DNA of 49,815 nt, from contig NGBS01000625.1 of assembly GCA_002245135.1 (NCBI GenBank), positions 1 to 49,815 of the forward strand, in the 5' to 3' direction. Below, in pieces: positions 10,787-20,714 of this stretch. The notes under the pieces were generated by a model, which searched no databases, had not been told where the DNA came from, and worked only from the letters and a program-made list of their open reading frames with translations. The first letter of the stretch is position 1; each line of letters begins with the position of its first letter. This DNA comes from Proteromonas lacertae. Taxonomy: Eukaryota. Both the position numbers and the translations under genes were made by a program.

Positions 10787-11923
10787 ATGAAAATAATTTT
10801 CTATTTATCTTATTCTATTTTCATAGTATATATTATATTTCAACATAAAGAAGATGATCTTGAAAAGACCTATACATGCAATTATAGAAATATTTCAGTG
10901 ATAGACAATAAATTATATATATACTTTTCAAATATTGTAAAAAATAAAATAATCATGATAGGCGTGTCATACCCATTTTATAAACATAATTATAAATGCT
11001 ATTTAATATATCCTAACATTAATATTGCATGTAATTATAGCGAATATAAATTATACAATGTACATAATAATTATAATTTAACTTATATAGCACTAAATAT
11101 TATAATAAATATAGAAAAGGGAATACCAATAGCAATAAAAATCAATAGAAATAACATTCCATTTTTAAACTATCCTTTAAGAAATAAATATAATATTATA
11201 CTTGTGATTGTTAATTTTATTCATATAAGAAACTATAAACAAGTATTAGATGTAATTGAAATATCAAAATTATTTGGTGTTGAGCATATAATAATATATG
11301 TTACATCATCAACATATTTAATTAAATCAATTCTATTTCACTATCTTAACATCCATTATGTCGAGCTTATTCCATTTTGTTTTAATAAAGAAATAAATAA
11401 TGTTCATTCATATGGCCAAATAGAAAAAATGAATAATGCGTTATTTAGATATATGTTTAATACAAGATTTATTATTTTTAATGATATAGATGAAATAATA
11501 ATTCCAACAAATAGAAAAAGTTATATATCTTTAATACAGAATGTAGATAATTCAACCAGTGACTTATATTTATTCAAATCAAGATTATTTACATATTCTA
11601 AAGAAACCTATAGTTCTATAACTAAATATAATGACTATTGTTTAATTCGAAATGGATATGAAAAGTATATAGTTGGTAATCTTTTTAAGTATAGTATATT
11701 GTCAGTTCATATGTACGAAAAAGCAATAAGCCCAATATCTATTAATATTATGAGTGAGAAGAAAGGATATGTAAGACATACTAGATATAATGGATCAATG
11801 TGTCGTACTAATGCTAAAGATGATAGTTTAGATTATCTAAAAATCTATTTAAAATCAGTTTATAAAAGATTTGAAAATTCATATACCAAATTAAGTAATA
11901 TGTATTATTATGGTAAGAAATAG
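10787..11923 (+). CDS. GT92/DUF23 galactosyltransferase-like protein
   Basis: TM anchor; GVEHIIIY, YGQIEKMNNALFRY, FNDIDEIIIP (DxD), EKYIV, GYVRHTR. Confidence 0.85.
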   Translation: MKIIFYLSYSIFIVYIIFQHKEDDLEKTYTCNYRNISVIDNKLYIYFSNIVKNKIIMIGVSYPFYKHNYKCYLIYPNINIACNYSEYKLYNVHNNYNLTYIALNIIINIEKGIPIAIKINRNNIPFLNYPLRNKYNIILVIVNFIHIRNYKQVLDVIEISKLFGVEHIIIYVTSSTYLIKSILFHYLNIHYVELIPFCFNKEINNVHSYGQIEKMNNALFRYMFNTRFIIFNDIDEIIIPTNRKSYISLIQNVDNSTSDLYLFKSRLFTYSKETYSSITKYNDYCLIRNGYEKYIVGNLFKYSILSVHMYEKAISPISINIMSEKKGYVRHTRYNGSMCRTNAKDDSLDYLKIYLKSVYKRFENSYTKLSNMYYYGKK

Positions 11924-12312
11924 TATTATCAAATTATCTAAAAATAAACATTTATTGCTATATGCAAATTTTCTAATGATCTTTTATAACATGTTCTGTA
12001 AACTATTCTAAAGGTTATGATCTTTTTATATATACCTTGATTTGAAAATACTAAATTTTCTTATTCTATATAAAAAGATTAGTAAATAAATAGACCATTA
12101 TAAGAAATACTATTAATAAATGCTACTTTCTAATCACTTTATTGATTCTTAATCGCTTATTTCCATATCTATACTATATAATTGAAACAAATATTATTTT
12201 CCATATCTAACAATAGATTCTAGCTGAAATATTACAATCAAGCAAAATTAATTCTAGTATTTTGTTCTATTCGCATTCTCATTACTAACTCTATTCTTTA
12301 GAATAGAATGGA

Positions 12313-14046
12313 TTACTTCCATCCACAATTTAGCTTTTCATAGAAATTCCATTTTATAGGAATATTAGAAAGCTTATTAATAAAAAACATACACTTGTTA
12401 TTATTATATATTGTAACTTTATTATAATTCATAGTCTTAAAATTTCTTTTAGATTTAGGAATAGTATAAAATAAAAAATCCTGTGTGAGATGATTTGAAT
12501 CAATAAATATATGAATACTTCTATATAATTTTGAACATATTAAATCATGACAAATATATTTATTTAAATTTATTGTGGTAAAATGTTTAATATTTGCAAA
12601 ATTATTTATATTCAAAAGAATATCTGTTCTGATAATATCTGTATTAGCTGCTAAATTTTTAAATATTTGGTTTTGTTTATCTATTATATAAGGAGTAGGC
12701 TGAAAGAATATTAAATTCGATGTATGGTTAGATAAATAGGATAAATATATATGATAATAGAGAGATAATTCATTTAAATATGATAGAACATAAGGAAAAT
12801 ATATAAAATTCTTTGATATTATAATTTTGTAATAGTGATGCAATTTATATGATTTATTAATTATTGATTTAGTATGATGAAATATAAAATGAACAGAATA
12901 TGAACCTTGTGTTATATTGTTAAATATAGGAATTAACTGAAATGCATGAGAATCACCATATACTAATATAGTATTATTAAAATTCGTACTTGCGAAATCA
13001 CAACAATAGAAAATATCTTTCATACCTAATACATTTATTACTCCTCCTTTATATTTAATTTGTATTTTATTAATGAAATAAGAAAAATTATATATTATGA
13101 ATGAAAGAGAATAGAAAAGAATTATTATAAATATTCCTTTTGAAGTATTATACTTTGTATACTTTATTATAGGAATCTCATAAAGGTGATATATTATTTC
13201 AGACAAGATTGAAATTTTTAAAACAAATAAGTAATTTGATAATTTTATTATTGGATAATGAGTTAAATATAAAATAAATGATATATCACCAATATGACAT
13301 AGTATTTTACTTAAAAATAAATCATATATTAAACTGTCTTTATTATGTACATAAATATTAGATAATAATGAATAAATTAGTTGATCATATATTTTCATAT
13401 TTTCAATATATGTACAGTATATAATCATGGTAATTATAATAACATTATTAATATATTTAGCATTGACAACTAAATTAATTGATCCAATAACTATTTCCCA
13501 TAATCGGGGGAAAATAATATAGTAATTATAACTTCTGTTTGAAGAGTAACTATGGTAATAAATAGTAATACTAGATAAAAATAATAGACATTTGACTATT
13601 GTGTTAGATAAAATAAAAGATAAAATAAATAATAAATATATTTGAACTTGTAATGATAAATACCAAAAATGTAGAAATATAGTGTCATTATTATTGTTAA
13701 AATAATCTTTGGATCTCTTATAGTAATATATGTTAATATCAAACATAACTGCGTTTTTATATTCTTCAAGATATACATGACTATTATATTTTCTTATAAA
13801 GCAATATAACAAGCACAAACTTGATATTAAAAAGAATGAAGGTATTATTCTAACTACTCTTTTAAAGAAGTATTCTATTTGATTTTTTAATCCATAATTT
13901 TTGTTTCTATATCGGTTTAAATAAGATGATAATATTATAAATGTATCAACTCCTAAATAACCTGATTTTAAATAATTTAGGTGAAATAAAATAATAATAA
14001 TAATAGAATAACATCTTAATATCTTTATATCTTTTTTTACAATCAT
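12313..14046 (-). CDS. Acyltransferase-3 (OafA/YrhL-like) O-acyltransferase with fused SGNH domain
   Basis: DIKILR, GYLGVDTF, KRVVRIIP, HFWYLSLQVQIY and GDISFILYLTHYP in a multi-TM region. SGNH motifs GDSHA and DSNH. Confidence 0.92.
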   Translation of the reverse strand: MIVKKDIKILRCYSIIIIILFHLNYLKSGYLGVDTFIILSSYLNRYRNKNYGLKNQIEYFFKRVVRIIPSFFLISSLCLLYCFIRKYNSHVYLEEYKNAVMFDINIYYYKRSKDYFNNNNDTIFLHFWYLSLQVQIYLLFILSFILSNTIVKCLLFLSSITIYYHSYSSNRSYNYYIIFPRLWEIVIGSINLVVNAKYINNVIIITMIIYCTYIENMKIYDQLIYSLLSNIYVHNKDSLIYDLFLSKILCHIGDISFILYLTHYPIIKLSNYLFVLKISILSEIIYHLYEIPIIKYTKYNTSKGIFIIILFYSLSFIIYNFSYFINKIQIKYKGGVINVLGMKDIFYCCDFASTNFNNTILVYGDSHAFQLIPIFNNITQGSYSVHFIFHHTKSIINKSYKLHHYYKIIISKNFIYFPYVLSYLNELSLYYHIYLSYLSNHTSNLIFFQPTPYIIDKQNQIFKNLAANTDIIRTDILLNINNFANIKHFTTINLNKYICHDLICSKLYRSIHIFIDSNHLTQDFLFYTIPKSKRNFKTMNYNKVTIYNNNKCMFFINKLSNIPIKWNFYEKLNCGWK

Positions 14047-14060
14047 TGTGTCAATTTTTA

Positions 14061-15354
14061 TTAATTGTAAATTAGAACTGTTTTATAGTATAAAATTTCA
14101 TTTATATTTAGGTTTGTTAAATTTATATAATAAGGTTTTTTATATATTGAAGGTACTAATGGATGTTTTAAAAATGTTGATTCTCTATATTGTATATTTT
14201 CTTTTTCTAAATGATGTATTAATTTTTTATCACCAAATTCATTTTCCATTTCATATAAACAATCAGGTTTTAAGCATTTTTGATCGGGAAGTATTAATAT
14301 TAAACCTAATAATTTTATCACATCTAGAATATATTTTCTTTCATTTTCCAATATATTTCTTTTTACAATAACGTAATGATTTAATACTGATGTATAATAA
14401 TTATTAGTATTAATATAAAATAATAATCTTTCTTTTAATGAAAATTCTTTGTTAAAATGAATTGGATGGACAATGCATATAGTTTTTATTACTTTTTCTG
14501 ATGGTAATCCAACTGTAGATAATGGCATAATATATAAACCATATTCTAGCATATTGAATTTTTCTTTAATAATAGTAAGGATGCTTTGATCAGCAGAAGG
14601 AAAATATTTATTTATTTCTTTTCTATGTTCAATTAGTAAATTATATCCATACTTTAATGCAGTAGTAGTTGAATTACTTGACTTTATTTTTCTATATTAT
14701 AATAATAAGATAAATATACACAATACCTGCATTTCCAAATAATTGTGTTGATTGGCTTTTTAGAAGTACTATATCTTCATACCGATTTAGTAATTTATCT
14801 AAACAATTTTGTATGAATAAAACATCACTATCTATATATAAAATAGATATATTATTTTTTATAAACTGGTAAAATAAGTAATATTTCATAAACCATACTT
14901 TCATTTTATAATTAGTGTTTAAGTCATTCAAGAATGATGGCCATGAAATATAAATACAGAATATTCTATAAATATTACACAATGTGTATGTTTTATTATT
15001 GAAAACAATAGTTAATAAACTAAAAATATTATACGGCTGCAAATATATTTTATATAAGTTTCTAAGATATTTCATACTGTATTCATCTACAATAGTAAAA
15101 AACAAATAATTATTTAATATTTTTTTTTTAATATAATATATACACATGTTACTACAATTTAATGAAAAATTCCAATAAAAATGATAAGGTAGAGGATTAT
15201 ATAAACATTCTCTTTTCATTTTTAATAGTAAGTTATCTTCAGGATAATTTCTAAAACATTTCTTTTTATTATTCAATATATATAAAAATATTATCATTTG
15301 AATAATTACCATAATTATAAGTAATAGAGTAGTAAATATAAATTTCAAATACAT
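14061..15354 (-). CDS. GT77-like nucleotide-diphospho-sugar transferase; one 28-nt intron (14692-14719)
   Basis: TM anchor; K..YLFYQFIKNNISILYIDSDVLF. Removing GTATAT...ATATAG joins NAGIV to KIKS...ADQSIL in frame with ORF 14061-14552. Confidence 0.8.
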
Positions 15355-15372
15355 TACTTTAGTTTTTCTTAA

Positions 15373-16524
15373 TCGATTAATATTTTTCTGTTATACATTT
15401 TCATTCTATTAATATATATCACTTTACTATTAATATTAAATAATATTCCATATCAATCACTGGAAAAAAGTTACACATGTGATTATATTAGTCAATCCAA
15501 TATTAACAATGAAATTTACATTTATTCTTCTAATCTAATAAATATGAAAAAATTATTGTTAATAGGAGTATCAAATCCTTATAAAAACCATAAGTTTACA
15601 TGTAAAATTGTATCTGATTATTATAGCTTAGCATGCAATATTAGTATTATAAGGTTGTTCAATATTCATAAGAATTTTAATTTAACATTATTAGCGTTGT
15701 ATGTATATTACAATAATGTGAAATTATTACCTACATCAGTAATAATTAATAATAAATCTGTTCCATTATTATTTCAAATACCAAAATATTGTTATAACAT
15801 TATTTTGGTTATAGTAAATTTTCATAGAATAACCAATTACAAGCAGGTTATTGATACAATTGAAATATCAAAGTTGTATGGAGTGGATCATATAGTCATC
15901 TATGCTACTTCATCTTCATTATTTATAAAATCTATACTATTCTATTATATGAAAATTAAATATGTAGAACTAATTCCATTTTGTTTTAATAAAGAAATGA
16001 AATATGTTAGAGAAACAGGTCAGCTTGAAAAAAGTAATGATATACTTTATAGATATATGCAATTTACAAAATATATGATATTTAATGATATAGATGAAAT
16101 TATTATGCCTCTAAAAACCAGCAACTATATGTCATTCTTTAAAATGATAGATAATTATTCTAGTGACATGTATTTATTCAAATCAAAGCTATTTCCTTAC
16201 ACTGCAAAAAAAATTAACTCAATCACTGTTTATAAACAGTGTTGCTTTATAAAGAAAGGATATGAAAAATACATTATTGGAAATATATATAAATATAAAA
16301 TATTAGATGTTCATAATTTTTCAATATCATCATCTACTATAAAAATAAATACTATAAATGAGTCTGATGGATATGTTAGACACACGAGATACAAAGGTTG
16401 GATGTGTAAGTCTAATCTTCTTGATGATTCTCTTGACAATCTTCAACAATATCTATCAACTGTGTATAAGAAATTTGAGAAATTATTTCCATCAAAGAAT
16501 CTAATGTATTTTTATGGAAGATGA
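15373..16524 (+). CDS. GT92/DUF23 protein, close paralog of 10787-11923; start codon not evident
   Basis: The frame is open from 15373 with a TM segment and LEKSYTCDY (paralog LEKTYTCNY). Motifs FNDIDEIIMP and GYVRHTR. The first in-frame ATG is at 15544. Confidence 0.85.
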   Translation, partial: SINIFLLYIFILLIYITLLLILNNIPYQSLEKSYTCDYISQSNINNEIYIYSSNLINMKKLLLIGVSNPYKNHKFTCKIVSDYYSLACNISIIRLFNIHKNFNLTLLALYVYYNNVKLLPTSVIINNKSVPLLFQIPKYCYNIILVIVNFHRITNYKQVIDTIEISKLYGVDHIVIYATSSSLFIKSILFYYMKIKYVELIPFCFNKEMKYVRETGQLEKSNDILYRYMQFTKYMIFNDIDEIIMPLKTSNYMSFFKMIDNYSSDMYLFKSKLFPYTAKKINSITVYKQCCFIKKGYEKYIIGNIYKYKILDVHNFSISSSTIKINTINESDGYVRHTRYKGWMCKSNLLDDSLDNLQQYLSTVYKKFEKLFPSKNLMYFYGR

Positions 16525-16678
16525 GTTAAATATTATTTGGATTAATTTTTCTATTTTCTTAAGTGAGAAAGTGATGTTGTTTTGTATATGCAACTGGGTA
16601 TATATCAAAATATATTATTGTTTTATACTTTTTAAATTCTAAATATCCATTATTATAAATACATAATCAATAACATAT

Positions 16679-18412
16679 TTAAAAATAGTAATACAATTTA
16701 CATCCTTTATAAGGATATTTCCATGCTGTTAATATTTTGTTTTTATACAGAACATAATCACATTTAAAACTTCTATTTATATTGTTACTAATGTTATTTA
16801 TGTAAGGTAGTATTATACTAATTGTAGAATTTAATATTCTTTTGTAAAATTCAAATGTAAAATGATGTTCATCTGCATATATACAACATCCTTTAAAATT
16901 TAAATTGCAAAATACTTGGTTACAAAAGATTTGTGATATATCAAACACTTTTATTCCTGATATATAAGGTACATTATTAGAATAAGTAATTATTTTTTTT
17001 CCTATTAAGACATTTTTATAGGTTTTTTGATATTTACAAGACAACTTATGTATCAAAACTGGTGTAGGTATAAAATATATAACATAATCAGCTATTGATT
17101 TTAAATATTTTAGGTAATTTATAATTACTTTCGGATATAATAATCTATATTTTTCATGTATATTATCATAAAATAGATTCATATTTATGATTATTTGAAA
17201 TTTGTCTGTTATGTCATATAAAAAGGTGTTATTATTAATGATAAACTCTGTATGAATGTATTTAAAATATATTTTATATCTGTTAATTGTTAATATGTTA
17301 TAAAAAATACTTAATAGATTAAATAAATGTGAATCTCCAACAATTAACACTTTCTTTTGTAAATCTTTAATTAATCCATTATAGCAGCAATAATTGCTTC
17401 TATCAATTCTTCTAATTGAATATGCGTCAATATTTAAATTATAATTATTATCTGTATCATTTATTTTACTTCCCATGATATATACGAATAAAGAAATATT
17501 AATAATAAAGAATAATATATATATAAATTTGTATCTTATTATTCTTTTTGTAGGGTTTTGACTAAATATAATGTATAAAACAAAAGAGAAAATTGTTATT
17601 AACATAGTTGAATACATGTTTAAAGTCTCTGTTCTAATAATTGGATAATGAACAAGATAAACATAATAAGATAGCATTCCTACTATTTCAAATATAACAA
17701 ATCTAATATTAAATAAAACATATATATATACATAAGCTGAATTTACAATAATAAAAAGGTAAATTCTTTCATTAAGATAATCTTTTGAATATGATACTAT
17801 ACTAAACATAATTATTAATGATAAATATTTTAGACTTTTGCTCTTTACGTCAATGATATAAGTTTTGGGATATAAATATATCCATAGTCTAGGAATAAAC
17901 GAAAAATAATTATACACAATTAATATGTTATATGTTAAAAAATATGTTAAAAAGGATATAATTACAATAAGGAAGTAATAATTTATATGTAAAAATTTTA
18001 ACAGTAAATAAGTATAATATAATTGTACATCAACGCAAATATACCAATGATGCAAAAATAATGACATATCAGGAGGATTAAAATAATCTGTGCTATTATA
18101 TATAAAGTGATAATTTGTATATATCAGTAAAGTTGAGAATAGTTCATAATATATATCATATAATTGATCTTTAAAAATATAATTAAAATAGAACAATACA
18201 ATAATATTTACACAAGTTACACATGGAAATATTATTCTCATATACCTTATAAATATATTAGCACATGAGATGTTGGATTTTACCAAATATCCTGAGATAA
18301 TGATAAATATTGATACTGCAATATATCCGTATTTTAAAATATTAGAATGATATAAAACAATAATTAAAATAGAAAATCCTCTCAAAACTTGTATATCGTT
18401 TCTATATTTCAT
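16679..18412 (-). CDS. Acyltransferase-3 + SGNH O-acyltransferase
   Basis: YRNDIQVLRG, FIIISGY, HHWYICVDVQLY, SYYVYLVHYP; SGNH motifs GDSHL and DEHH. Confidence 0.92.
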   Translation of the reverse strand: MKYRNDIQVLRGFSILIIVLYHSNILKYGYIAVSIFIIISGYLVKSNISCANIFIRYMRIIFPCVTCVNIIVLFYFNYIFKDQLYDIYYELFSTLLIYTNYHFIYNSTDYFNPPDMSLFLHHWYICVDVQLYYTYLLLKFLHINYYFLIVIISFLTYFLTYNILIVYNYFSFIPRLWIYLYPKTYIIDVKSKSLKYLSLIIMFSIVSYSKDYLNERIYLFIIVNSAYVYIYVLFNIRFVIFEIVGMLSYYVYLVHYPIIRTETLNMYSTMLITIFSFVLYIIFSQNPTKRIIRYKFIYILFFIINISLFVYIMGSKINDTDNNYNLNIDAYSIRRIDRSNYCCYNGLIKDLQKKVLIVGDSHLFNLLSIFYNILTINRYKIYFKYIHTEFIINNNTFLYDITDKFQIIINMNLFYDNIHEKYRLLYPKVIINYLKYLKSIADYVIYFIPTPVLIHKLSCKYQKTYKNVLIGKKIITYSNNVPYISGIKVFDISQIFCNQVFCNLNFKGCCIYADEHHFTFEFYKRILNSTISIILPYINNISNNINRSFKCDYVLYKNKILTAWKYPYKGCKLYYYF

Positions 18413-19486
18413 GATGTTTTACCCATTAGCTTGTAGAAAAACAATTTATTGTATATCAGTAATGTTATTTATTGTAATGTTTATAATTCAAAAAAATAAA
18501 TCATATAATAGTTTTCCTAATGCTATATTAATGAAACATATAAAGCATCAGTCATATATCACTGAAAGATTCTATAAAACTCAAAAAGGTTATGCATTTT
18601 ATGATAAGGTTCATTTGCAAGTAAATAATCTATTATAGTATTAGGGTTTAGGTAATTCTATGCTTCAGATTATTAGCTCAATATTTGTATCATTATTATC
18701 CGAAAGATCTTTGTTTAGTATCATTTTTATTTATAAATAATAGTATCTTGGAAACTCTTATGGAATTATTTTGATATACCGCTTAAATTTTATTCAATTC
18801 ATTTTTATAATGTAGCATATTTTTCAGATGGGGTTATAGCATTAAAATCTAAAAATAGAATAATTGGGGCAAATAAACATTGGTATTCTACAGAACAAAT
18901 ATTAAGATACAAAGTATATGACAAAATAATAGTAGATAAAGGAATATTACAAAATATAGATAATAGTATTGCTGTTAATATAAGAGAAATTAATAAAAAG
19001 ATTTGTGATTTATATTTAAAACCTTTACCAACATATAGTAATTTTATAAGACATAGATTCTATAGAAGATTTAATTTATCAATCGATGAAAGCTATTTAG
19101 CTGTACACTTAAGGACGGGTGATGCTGATAATAGACCATTAAAAGATTATCTGAATATGAGTGTAATAGAATCAGCCATACAAATATTAAAAAGTAAGAA
19201 AACTAATAAGATAATAGTAATTTCAGATTCTAATTCTATCAAAAACATTATTAAAACACAATTATCAAACAGTATCCATACTGATTATTCATTACCATGT
19301 CATAGTAGAAATCATAACTGCATAAATATATCATTAGAAGATATAATGATGATGAAAAATGCTGAATCATTATTACTTACTAGAGCCAGCACATTTTCAT
19401 TATTTGGTTCATATTTTAGCAAGTGTAGTTATAGAAATATTCAGTTTATAGGATATAATTTTCTACATAGAAATTATTATAAATAA
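18411..19486 (+). CDS. GT-B fucosyltransferase of the alpha-1,2/alpha-1,6/O-FucT superfamily (GT11/GT23/GT37-like); introns 18621-18644 (24 nt) and 18718-18743 (26 nt)
   Basis: Splicing two GT..TAG introns gives one frame with a TM segment, QGLGNSM, AVHLRTGD (motif I), VISDS (motif II) and LTRASTFSLFGS (motif III). Confidence 0.85.
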
Positions 19487-19531
19487 TAATGACTTGTTCT
19501 TTGTTTGCCCTACAAATGTTCATATTTCAAA

Positions 19532-20683
19532 TTAAAACATTTTAATATCATGCATTTTGCACATTCTCGAACTGCTAAATCCTAGTCTACTTTTCTCTGA
19601 AAATAATAACAATGCATTTAAATAAAACTGTTGATCTCCCCATCTATATTTATATATTCCATCTTTGTAAGATATATAATACATTAAAAAATCAAATACT
19701 TCTGGTGAATTATATAACCCTAGCCATGACACTGTTAATCTACCATGTAGAACAATATTTTCATTTTGAATAACATTTTCACTAAATCCTTTACCAAAAA
19801 TAGCTTCTTTACATTTCATAGATTGGTTTGCTAAAAACTTAAATATCATTTTAAAAATGTTTGTACTTAATATTTTATTATCATTAACTAAGTTACAACC
19901 TACTAACTCATATCTATTTCTTATTATATAGGACATATCTATATTATATGATAGATTACTAGCTTTATTATCAATATCATATTTAATAGCATAATCAAAA
20001 TAATCAAATAATTTTAGCATAAATGGCAAAGCAGGATATAAATTAACTGCAGAAGCATATCTTCCTGAAAATATACATTCATTATAAGGAGTAAGAATTG
20101 ATCTCTTTACAAAACTCAAAGGAAACATATCTTGTTTAATTCCTCCATATATTATTGAGCATTTATATGTTTCACCTATTTCAAATAATTTATATGAAAA
20201 ATCTAAATTTAGAAAATATTTGCATAATTTATAACCACTACAATTTTGAGTAGAAATATATGTATATTTATTAAACAAAGAAGAAATGTCTAAATCAACT
20301 GTAAGTATGGCAAAAACAACCTGTGAGTTATTTCTATTACACATATTTCTAATTAACTCAATAGCATGATAAAATGCTTTTATCATTATATGATGTGGAT
20401 ACCATAGCAAAATAGGCAACAATGAAACTGGATTATTTGTGTATTTTCTATTATTATGGTAAGATAAATAATTATATTTCTTAATACATTTTGTATTAGT
20501 AATTCCATTTGAACGATTATAAATATTAATTGATGGAGATAATATCATATAATTATCTTCTTTATATACAATTTCATGATAGAAATTATAAGTTACAAAT
20601 AAAAAATATGAAGCGCAAAAAATATACGATATAGAGTATAATTTATTAAAGAATATAGTGATATAAATGCTTTGGAAAAACAA
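19532..20683 (-). CDS. GT15-like (KRE2/MNT1 alpha-1,2-mannosyltransferase-like) protein; start codon uncertain
   Basis: GIYKYRWGDQ resembles the GT15 RWGD motif, and FDYAIKYDID is present. Hydrophobic N-terminus. The ORF begins at TTG with no ATG ahead of the anchor. Confidence 0.65.
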   Translation of the reverse strand: MFFQSIYITIFFNKLYSISYIFCASYFLFVTYNFYHEIVYKEDNYMILSPSINIYNRSNGITNTKCIKKYNYLSYHNNRKYTNNPVSLLPILLWYPHHIMIKAFYHAIELIRNMCNRNNSQVVFAILTVDLDISSLFNKYTYISTQNCSGYKLCKYFLNLDFSYKLFEIGETYKCSIIYGGIKQDMFPLSFVKRSILTPYNECIFSGRYASAVNLYPALPFMLKLFDYFDYAIKYDIDNKASNLSYNIDMSYIIRNRYELVGCNLVNDNKILSTNIFKMIFKFLANQSMKCKEAIFGKGFSENVIQNENIVLHGRLTVSWLGLYNSPEVFDFLMYYISYKDGIYKYRWGDQQFYLNALLLFSEKSRLGFSSSRMCKMHDIKMF

Positions 20684-20714
20684 TTTATTTGTAATGTATA
20701 TAATTCAAAAGAAT

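Noticed and set aside
19494..19508. GT-rich words after gene ends (also about 16576) as a Blastocystis-type TGTTTGTT polyadenylation motif
   Set aside because: The matches are inexact and inconsistent among genes, and the genes here have encoded stop codons.
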